DNA from: Macrostomum lignano
Lineage: Eukaryota
Direction: 5' to 3'
NCBI GenBank assembly: GCA_002269645.1
Contig: NIVC01002449.1
Location: 62,001 to 126,000, forward strand
Length of the DNA stretch: 64,000 bases
How positions within the stretch are numbered: the stretch's first letter is position 1; each line of letters starts with the position of its first letter. Positions 53,140-64,000 of this stretch are shown here, piece by piece. The notes below the pieces were generated by a model. It was not told the DNA's origin, ran no database searches, and was given only the letters and a program-made list of their open reading frames with translations. The position numbers and the translations under genes were made by a program.

Positions 53140-54551
53140 GAGAAGCTGGTCCACCTAACCTACAGACACAACTGAATCAGCTCTCTCAGTCTGTTTGAGG
53201 CTTTGGCTCTCAGAAGGTGGTCCACCTAACCTACAGACACAACTCGAACAGATTTCTCTGTCTGTTTGAGGCTCTGGCTCTCAGAGCCGCCGAGAAAGTT
53301 TAGTGCCGAGAATGCTTCATTTTGTTAGAATGCAATCAGAACATATTCCTAGAAAGTGAGCTAGTCCAGCATCAAGGCAGAACATCTGGATGTGTAACGA
53401 AAGTCTCTCGAAGACTCCTGGCTCAGATTATCGCCTAGAAGTGCTGTGGAGTAGCTGGTCCGCCTAACCTGCAGACACAACTCGAACAGATTTCTGTCTG
53501 TTTGAGGCTCTGGATCTCAGAGCCGCCGAGAAAGTTTAGTGCCGAGAATGCTTCAGTTTATTAGAATGCAATCAGAACATATTCCTAGAAAGTGAGCTAG
53601 TCCAGCATCAAGGCAGAACATCTGGATGTGTAAGGAGAGGCTCTCGGAGATTCCTGGCTCAGATTATCGCCTAGAAGTGCTGTGGAGTAGCTGGTCCGCC
53701 TAACCTACAGACACAACTCGAACAGATTTCTCTGTCTGCTTAGGGCTCTGGCTCTTAGGTGGTCCACATAACCTACAGACACAACTGAAGCAGCTCTCTC
53801 AGTCTGTTTGAGGATTTGGCTCTCAGTAGCTGGTCCACCTAACCTACAGACACAACTCGAACAGATTTCTCTGTCTGTTTAAGGCTCTGGCTCTCAGAGC
53901 CGCCGAGAAAGTTTAGTGCCGAGAATGCTTCAGTATGTTAGAATGCAATCAGAACAGATTCCTAGAAAGTGAGCTAGTCCAGCATCAAGGCAGAACATCT
54001 GAATGTGTAACGAGAGGCTCTCGGAGATTCCTGGCTCAGATTATCGCCTAGAAGTGCTGTGGAGTAGCTGGTCCACCTAACCTACAGACACAACTCGAAC
54101 AGATTTCTGTCTGTTTGAGGCTCTGGCTCTTAGAGCCGCCGAGAAAGTTTAGTGCCGAGAATGCTTCAGTTTATTAGAATGCAATCAGAACAGATTCCTA
54201 GAAAGTGAGCTAGTCCAGCATCAAGGCAGAACATCTGGATGTGTAAGGAGAGGCTCTCGGAGATTCCTGGCTCAGATTATCGCCTAGAAGTGCTGTGGAG
54301 TAGCTGGTCCACCTAACCTACAGACACAACTCGAACAGATTTCTGTCTGTTTGAGGCTCTGGATCTCAGAGCCGCCGAGAAAGTTTAGTGCCGAGAATGC
54401 TTCATTTTGTTAGAATGCAATCAGAACAGATTCCTAGAAAGTGAGCTAGTCCAGCATCAAGGCAGAACATCTGGATGTGTAACGAGAGGCTCTCGGAGAT
54501 TCCTGGCTCAGATTATCGCCTAGAAGTGCTGTAGAATAGCTGGTCCACCTA
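53140..54551. repeat. ~237-bp satellite array, left part
   Basis: Unit agctggtccacctaacctacagacacaactcgaacagattt...gagccgccgagaaagtttagtgccgag...cagattatcgcctagaagtgctgtggagt, plus ~69-bp short subunits. Confidence 0.95.
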
Positions 54552-54640
54552 CTTACTTACTTACTACTGACGGGGGGCGCAGGCGCCGCGAATAGGCCGC
54601 GAGGCCCCTATCGCAACCCCAAGGTAAAAGAGCACAAGGA

Positions 54641-57600
54641 TTAGCCTTGGGGGTGCGCCCAGTCCCCGCCAGTAGTCGGCAGGTCCGCAGTGGAGGCATC
54701 GGCGACCCTCATCCGGCCGGAGTCCCGGACGAAGGCGCGGAGGTCTCGGATATTGTCCGCGGTGGTCAGCTCGTCCATCCGCTGGGGGTGGCCGAGGTAT
54801 TTGTGCCGCGCCTTGTTGAAGTAAGGGCAGAAGGTGACGTGATGCTCCGCGGTCTCCTCTCCTATGCCACAGAAGGGACAGGTGGGAGGGCAACCGGTTT
54901 GCAACGATATATGTCTCTGGAAGAATCCGTGGCCGGTTAGGACCATGCACATCTCCCTGAGGTCGGTTCTGTTAAGCGAAATCAGATAATCAGAGACTTT
55001 CCTGTTCAGGTTAGGCATGGCAGAGCGGCTCTGCCTGTACTCGGTGCAGCTGTTCCAGTGGAGCTGGTGCTGCTGATGGAGCCACCTGTTGATATGGCGG
55101 GTGACTTGCGACCTGGGGGTGGGTAGCCTCATCAGACGGTGGTTGCCGTCTGGGTTGCTGCCCTCCTTGGCGAGAGAGTCCGCGAGCTCGTTGCCCAGGA
55201 TGTTGCTGTGACCAGGTGTCCAGATAATTCTAATCCTGTTAAGGACTGAGAGAGATTGCACACTGCGGTGGCATTGAGATACTGTAGCAGCGGAGATATT
55301 CTCAGTGGTTAAGGCCTTAATAGCAGCTTGGCTATCAGTGTAGAAATTAATGTCAAAATTATTAATGTTCGCCTGAAACAGTTGCTGGGCACACTGCTCA
55401 ATGGCGCAAATTTCAGCTTGGAAAACTGAGGTGTTCTCACCGAGGTGCAGACTTTCCTGGAGAAGCATCTTACCCTCGTGGAAAATGGCAATACCCGCTC
55501 CAGCGCGGCCGTTGAACAGCGAGCCGTCGGTGAAGCAGTGAATGCCCTGGCTGCGCCGGTTCACACCGACATCCAGCGGAATGTTGTCTCGGCCAGGGAT
55601 GGCGGTCTTGAAGCCCCTCCTGATGTTGAGGGCGGGAGGTCGACTATCCACATTGCCCAGGTCCATGTGGATGTTGTTAAGGTCGCGGCGGACAAAGTCC
55701 ATATGCGGGATTAATGTTTTCATTGGCATAAAGCCAGAGGGCGCGTTATTTAACGTTTTATCTCTGATAAGCCGGGAGGCAGACTTCATAGCCTCCGCCC
55801 TAATAAATAGGTGAAGCGGAGGTAGGTTAAGGATAGTGTTCAGCCCCTCGTAAGGGGTGGACGGGTACGCACCTGTGATGGCACGGCAAATGCTGCCCTG
55901 AAGCTGGTACAGCCGCTGACGGGCGGCCTTCTGCTCCAGCACGCTAGTCCAGATGAGACTCGCGTATGTGATACTGGGCCGGATGATGCCGGTATAAATC
56001 CAACGGACCGTTCTAGGCGAGAGGCCCCAAGTCGGCCCGATGGCTCTGCGCAGCTGGGCAAAGCAGCGTTTTGCCCGACCGATGACGTTATCAAGGTGCT
56101 TCGTCCAGCGCAGGTCATGCGTTAGCGTCACACCGAGGTATTTGACCTCCTTCTTGAAGGGGATGTTTCTGCCATAGACAGTGAGGTTTTTCATCTCCCA
56201 TTTACGGCGCTTGGTGAAAACGACAGCGACAGTCTTAGTGACGCTGATTTTTAGGCCATGCTGTGTAGCCCAGTCGGCCGCCTTGTCGGCGAATTGCTGC
56301 ATCAGGTTGCGCAGAGTGGCGGGGTCGGGTCCGCTGACGACCGCGGCAACGTCATCGGCGTAGCCCGCCCTGGTGATACTGCTGGGAATGTCAGCGGTTA
56401 GAAGTTCGTCCATGACGAGATTCCAGAGAAGTGGAGTTAGCACGCCACCTTGCGGGCCGCCTTTCATCACCGCCCGGGTGAGGGTAACGCCCATAAGTGT
56501 GGATGTCACAAACCTTTTGCGGATCATAAAATAAATCCAGCGAACAATGCTGTGTCTTACATTCCTGCGGGAAAGAGAATTTCTGAAGGAGCGGAAGAGG
56601 ACATTGTCAAATGCTCCTTCGAAGTCAACGAACAACCCGCAAGCGAGTTGTTTGCTAAGGATGGCACTCTCAATTTTGGAGGTAATGGCGTGGAGAGCAT
56701 GCTCAGTCGTCCTCCCAGGCTGGAAGGCGTACTGGTACTTACTGACAGGGTCGGAGCGCAGGTCGCACTCTCGAAGCCTCCACAGGATGAGCCTCTCCAT
56801 CAGCTTAACACAAAAGGAAGTGAGGCTGATGGGCCGGAAGGATTTCACGTTGGTGTAGTCACCCTTAGCAGGTTTCGGGATGAACACGACTCTGGACATT
56901 CTCCAGATTGTGGGAATGTAACCTGTGGTATAACAGTCAACAAGCAATTTAGAGAAAGAATCAGCAAAGTTTTGCAGCTTTAGCGCCTCCTGCAGGATAC
57001 AGGGGGCGATATTGTCAGGGCCAGACGATTTATACGGTTTAAAAGAATTTGCTGCCAGCTGGAGTAGCTGGGGGTGGCGCACTGCTGGAAAAGCTTGTGA
57101 TCACAAGGCCTGTGGTCATCGACCACGTACTCCGGTTCGTCAACCTGCGGAAAGCAGGTGGAGAAAAGAAGATTTAGCGAACCTTCGGCACTGGTAGTGT
57201 AGTTACCATCCAGGTGCAGAAGGGAGTTACACTGAGCTAGCGTGTCGTGCCTGAGAGTCCTGACCAGCCGGGCTGTGGGGTGTTGCCCTTCCAGGCCGGC
57301 GCAGTAGGCTTTCCAGGTGGTCTTCTTAGCCCTTCGGATAGCACTTTTGTACATCCTCAGAGCAGAGTGGTAGTTCTCCCAATCCTCTGGGGTATTCGAG
57401 CCGTTTGCGAGGCGTTGCAGTCGGCGGGTGTTTTTCTTCATGCGAGTGAGCTCTTGACTCCACCAAGGAGAGTATTTCTTCCTGCAAAACAGCTTAGGGG
57501 CGTTAGCGCGTATGGCGGTGTTTAGGATCTCAACGAGGGAGTTGCACCGATGCTCAATGCCAGGGAGATCCTCGCTGGAGTCCGGTAAGTTGGCTTCGGT

Positions 57601-58457
57601 CAGGAGTTTTAGCAGGTCTCTTCGAAAACCTGTCCAGTCGGCCTTTTTCAAATTAAGGCGGTCCCGGTTCTCATGACGGGCTCCGACGGAGCTGATGCTG
57701 TACTGAATGTACGAGTGGTCGGAAAGCGATGGGAGGTCATCCCTAACCAGCCAGCTGTGGACCTGATTGAGGGCGTTGTTGGAGACGAGAGTGAGGTCGA
57801 TAACCTCACGCCGATTAGAGACAATAAATGTGGGTTTGCTGCCTCTGTTGCAAATGTGTAACGAGGAGGAGTTAATGAAATCAATTAGTAAGTCACCGCG
57901 CCTGTTAGTATCGCTACTAGACCAGGCAGTGTTGTGGGCGTTAGCATCGCAGCTAACGATAAGCTTCCGATCCTGGAGATTACAGAAGTCCGCCAGCTCC
58001 TGCAGGAGGGGGGGAGGGACGTCCTCCTGAATGTCCAGGTAAGCGGAAACGAAGGTCAAGTCAAAGACTGAGAAAGTACACATGTCTTTAGAGCAAAACA
58101 TTGGCATAATAGTGGCCGGGAGGTCGTTTTTGACGAGGGCGATAGCTCTGGGGGTGTCGTTCGCGCAGAGGTACAGAACCTGATAGCCTGGCGGCAGGCA
58201 GGTCGGCTTCCCCTTGCGGGTATACGGTTCCTGAATAAGGTAGATGTCAACTTCCTTGTTGGCAAAGGTGCCTGAAAGGTTGCTAGATGCTGCAAGGGCG
58301 TGGTGCAGGTTGATCTGAATAATGTGCAGGTTAACAGGTTGGTTCGCCGGCGGCGGATTATTTATTTGGTTGCTGGTGGCAGTGTCATCATTGGGCTGGC
58401 CGTTAAGGTTCGCCCTCAGCGCCCCGCTCCTAGTTTGGCACGGGGTTGGGAACGGCA

Positions 58458-58458
<1 letters not shown>
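54641..58458 (-). CDS. ORF2 pol: AP endonuclease, reverse transcriptase, RNase H, C-terminal CCHC; one frameshift at ~57070
   Basis: APE: QINLHH, LIQEPY, CDANAH..W, PTF, IDLTL, SDH. RT: [47 protein letters not shown]. RNase H: FTDGS, VFQAE, TDSQAA, WTPGH..GNELAD. Zn motif: CPFC..ETAEH..C. Confidence 0.93.
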
Positions 58459-59519
<1,061 letters not shown>

Positions 59520-59931
59520 TTATCCCAGGATTGCTCCCAGGCGAGGCTCCGGCAGGCCCCCGGTCCACACTCTGCAAGATCAGGGGGCGGGAGGCCGGCT
59601 GCGGGCTTGGGACACAGGCGCCAGGTCGAGTTGACAGCCGACGCCCGAGCCCTCCCCCACAAGAGCGGCCCTCGAGAACCCGTGTGGTACCAGTTGCAAC
59701 TAAGGGCTGTCGATGGGTAGTTGGCGCTTAGCCAGCAGCCAACTACTTAGCAGCCACCTGCCCCGCAAAAAAGCAGCAGGGGGGATCCGTCCCCCACCAG
59801 CAGACCAAGACGAGGAAGCTAGCCGCTTCCACGCCAGGCCAGAACGAAAAGGAGGGGGAAGAGCCTCCTCGAAAAACGAAAAGCTGGCGGATGTCACAGA
59901 GTCCCTCGGTTTAAGTTGCCGTTTGCCCCCC

Positions 59932-62900
59932 GCTGGTCCACCTAACCTACAGACACAACTCGAACAGATTTCTCTGTCTGTTTGAGGCTCTGGCTCTCAG
60001 AGCCGCCGAGAAAGTTTAGTGCCGAGAATGCTTCATTTTGTTAGAATGCAATCAGAACATATTCCTAGAAAGTGAGCTAGTCCAGCATCAAGGCAGAACA
60101 TCTGGATGTGTAAGGAGAGGCTCTCGGAGATTCCTGGCTCAGATTATCGCCTAGAAGTGCTGTGGAGTAGCTGGTCCGCCTAACCTACAGACACAACTCG
60201 AACAGATTTCTCTGTCTGCTTAGGGCTCTGGCTCTTAGGTGGTCCACATAACCTACAGACACAACTGAAGCAGCTCTCTCAGTCTGTTTGAGGATTTGGC
60301 TCTCAGTAGCTGGTCCGCCTAACCTACAGACACAACTCGAACAGATTTCTGTCTGTTTGAGGCTCTGGCTCTCAGAGCCGCCGAGAAAGTTTAGTGCCGA
60401 GAATGCTTCAGTTTGTTAGAATGCAATCAGAACAGATTCCTAGAAAGTGAGCTAGTCCAGCATCAAGGCAGAATATCTGAATGCGTAAAGAGAGGCTCTT
60501 GGAGATTCCTGGCTCAGATTATCGCCTAGAAGTGCTGTGGAGTAGCTGGTCCGCCTAACCTACAGACACAACTCGAACAGATTTCTGTCTGTTTGAGGCT
60601 CTGGATCTCAGAGCCGCCGAGAAAGTTTAGTGCCGAGAATGCTTCAGTTTGTTAGAATGCAATCAGAACAGATTCCTAGAAAGTGAGCTAGTCCAGCATC
60701 AAGGCAGAATATCTGGATGTGTAAGGAGAGGCTCTCGGAGATTCCTGGCTCAGATTATCGCCTAGAAGTGCTGTAGAATAGCTGGTCCACCTAACCTACA
60801 GAAACAACTCGAACAGATTTCTCTGTCTGTTTGAGGCTCTGGCTCTTAGAGCCGCCGAGAAAGTTTAGTGCCGAGAATGCTTCAGTTTGTTAGAATGCAA
60901 TCAGAACAGATTCCTAGAAAGTGAGCTAGTCCAGCATCAAGGCAGAACATCTGGATGTGTAAGGAGAGGCTCTCGGAGATTCCTGGCTCAGATTATCGCC
61001 TAGAAGTGCTGTGGAGTAGCTGGTCCGCCTAACCTACAGACACAACTCGAACAGATTTCTCTGTCTGTTTAGGGCTCTGGCTCTTAGGTGGTCCACATAA
61101 CCTACAGACACAACTGAAGCAGCTCTCTCAGTCTGTTTGAGGATTTGGCTCTCAGTAGCTGGTCCACCTAACCTACAGACACAACTCGAACAGATTTCTC
61201 TGTCTGTTTAAGGCTCTGGATCTCAGAGCCGCCGAGAAAGTTTAGTGCCGAGAATGCTTCAGTATGTTAGAATGCAATCAGAACAGATTCCTAGAAAGTG
61301 AGCTAGTCCAGCATCAAGGCAGAACATCTGAATGTGTAAAGAGAGGCTCTCGGAGATTCCTGGCTCAGATTATCGCCTAGAAGTGCTGTGGAGTAGCTGG
61401 TCCACCTAACCTACAGACACAACTCGAACAGATTTCTGTCTGTTTAGGGCTCTGGCTCTCAGAGCCGCCGAGAAAGTTTAGTGCCGAGAATGCTTCAGTT
61501 TATTAGAATGCAATCAGAACAGATTCCTAGAAAGTGAGCTAGTCCAGCATCAAGGCAGAACATCTGGATGTGTAAGGAGAGGCTCTCGGAGATTCCTGGC
61601 TCAGATTATCGCCTAGAAGTGCTGTGGAGTAGCTGGTCCACCTAACCTACAGACACAACTCGAACAGATTTCTGTCTGTTTGAGGCTCTGGATCTCAGAG
61701 CCGCCGAGAAAGTTTAGTGCCGAGAATGCTTCAGTTTGTTAGAATGCAATCAGAACAGATTCCTAGAAAGTGAGCTAGTCCAGCATCAAGGCAGAACATC
61801 TGGATGTGTAAGGAGAGGCTCTCGGAGATTCCTGGCTCAGATTATCGCCTAGAAGTGCTGTTGAGTAGCTGGTCCACCTAACCTACAGACACGACTCGAA
61901 CAGATTTCTGTCTGTTTGAGGCTCTGGATCTCAGAGCCGCCGAGAAAGTTTAGTGCCGAGAATGCTTCAGTTTGTTAGAATGCAATCAGAACAGATTCCT
62001 AGAAAGTGAGCTAGTCCAGCATCAAGGCAGAACATCTGAATGTGTAAAGAGAGGCTCTCGGAGATTCCTGGCTCAGATTATCGCCTAGAAGTGCTGTGGA
62101 GTAGCTGGTCCGCCTAACCTACAGACACAACTCGAACAGATTTCTGTCTGTTTAGGGCTCTGGCTCTCAGAGCCGCCGAGAAAGTTTAGTGCCGAGAATG
62201 CTTCATTTTGTTAGAATGCAATCAGAACAGATTCCTATAAGTGAGCTAGTCCAGCATCAAGGCAGAACATCTGGATGTGTAACGAGAGGCTCTCGGAGAT
62301 TCCTGGCTCAGATTATCGCCTAGAAGTGCTGTAGAATAGCTGGTCCACCTAACCTACAGACACAACTCGAACAGATTTCTCTGTCTGTTTGAGGCTCTGG
62401 CTCTCAGAGCCGCCGAGAAAGTTTAGTGCCGAGAATGCTTCAGTTTGTTAGAATGCAATCAGAACATATTCCTAGAAAGTGAGCTAGTCCAGCATCAAGG
62501 CAGAACATCTGGATGTGTAACGAAAGTCTCTCGGAGACTCCTGGCTCAGATTATCGCCTAGAAGTGCTGTGGAGTAGCTGGTCCGCCTAACCTACAGACA
62601 CAACTCGAACAGATTTCTATCTGTTTGAGGCTCTGGATCTCAGAGCCGCCGAGAAAGTTTAGTGCCGAGAATGCTTCAGTTTATTAGAATGCAATCAGAA
62701 CAGATTCCTAGAAAGTGAGCTAGTCCAGCATCAAGGCAGAACATCTGGATGTGTAAGGAGAGTCTCTCGGAGATTCCTGGCTCAGATTATCGCCTAGAAG
62801 TGCTGTGGAGTAGCTGGTCCGCCTAACCTACAGACACAACTCGAACAGATTTCTCTGTCTGTTTAGGGCTCTGGCTCTTAGGTGGTCCACATAACCTACA

Positions 62901-64000
62901 GACACAACTGAAGCAGCTCTCTCAGTCTGTTTGAGGATTTGGCTCTCAGTAGCTGGTCCGCCTAACCTACAGACACAACTCGAACAGATTTCTGTCTGTT
63001 TGAGGCTCTGGCTCTCAGAGCCGCCGAGAAAGTTTAGTGCCGAGAATGCTTCAGTTTGTTAGAATGCAATCAGAACAGATTCCTAGAAAGTGAGCTAGTC
63101 CAGCATCAAGGCAGAATATCTGAATGTGTAAAGAGAGGCTCTTGGAGATTCCTGGCTCAGATTATCGCCTAGAAGTGCTGTGAAGTAGCTGGGCCGCCCA
63201 ACCTACAGACACAACTCGAACAGATTTCTGTCTGTTTAGGGCTCTGGCTCTCAGAGCCGCCGAGAAAGTTTAGTGCCGAGAATGCTTCAGTTTGTTAGAA
63301 TGCAATCAGAACAGATTCCTAGAAAGTGAGCTAGTCCAGCATCAAGGCAGAACATCTGGATGTGTAAGGAGAGGCTCTCGGAGATTCCTGGCTCAGATTA
63401 TCGCCTAGAAGTGCTGTAGAATAGCTGGTCCACCTAACCTACAGAAACAACTCGAACAGATTTCTCTGTCTGTTTGAGGCTCTGGCTCTTAGAGCCGCCG
63501 AGAAAGTTTAGTGCCGAGAATGCTTCATTTTGTTAGAATGCAATCAGAACAGATTCCTAGAAAGTGAGCTAGTCCAGCATCAAGGCAGAACATCTGGATG
63601 TGTAAGGAGAGGCTCTCGGAGATTCCTGGCTCAGATTATCGCCTAGAAGTGCTGTGGAGTAGCTGGTCCGCCTAACCTACAGACACAACTCGAACAGATT
63701 TCTCTGTCTGTTTAGGGCTCTGGCTCTTAGGTGGTCCACATAACCTACAGACACAACTGAAGCAGCTCTCTCAGTCTGTTTGAGGATTTGGCTCTCAGTA
63801 GCTGGTCCACCTAACCTACAGACACAACTCGAACAGATTTCTCTGTCTGTTTGAGGCTCTGGCTCTCAGAGCCGCCGAGAAAGTTTAGTGCCGAGAATGC
63901 TTCAGTATGTTAGAATGCAATCAGAACAGATTCCTAGAAAGTGAGCTAGTCCAGCATCAAGGCAGAACATCTGAATGTGTAAAGAGAGGCTCTCGGAGAT
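59932..64000. repeat. ~237-bp satellite array, right part (continues past window end)
   Basis: Same unit as 53140-54551. The short-subunit pair marker ggtggtccacataacc occurs at ~60238, 61087, 62880 and 63727. Confidence 0.96.

Noticed and set aside
59800-59931. HDV-like ribozyme at the 5' end of the retrotransposon (known for some LOA/R2/RTE elements)
   Set aside because: Partial matches exist (GGCAAAC with GTCTGCT-GG; TCCTCG loop-like motif), but P3 does not pair and P2/P4 could not be assigned by eye. An RNArobo or Infernal search would be needed.

Overview
Eukaryotic (metazoan) genomic DNA with GT-AG introns, AT-rich spacers and dense tandem repeats. The style resembles the flatworm Macrostomum, but that is inference and cannot be verified here. 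I reconstructed four spliced genes by hand with consistent intron phases: the 3' part of a trypsin-like serine protease (+, 9-2444), a GAS2-like CH+GAR protein (-, 5932-8348), a 9-exon Girdin/Daple (CCDC88)-like Hook-domain protein (-, 12182-26743, ~1321 aa), and a 13-exon ~609-aa protein carrying repeated CSPP1-like 'P(F/W)G(R/K)PGxGAP' motifs (+, 40746-50415). Many introns (all eight of the Girdin-like gene) carry their own private minisatellite or microsatellite. The intergenic middle holds MITEs, a CORE-type tRNA SINE, an LTR/PBS remnant, a DEG/ENaC pseudogene fragment and a decayed RTE LINE. The last 11 kb is a ~237-bp satellite with higher-order structure. It is interrupted in register by a full-length LOA/R1-group non-LTR retrotransposon (APE-RT-RNaseH-CCHC) with a 13-bp target-site duplication. 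Most long ORFs in the supplied track are read-throughs of tandem repeats, not genes.
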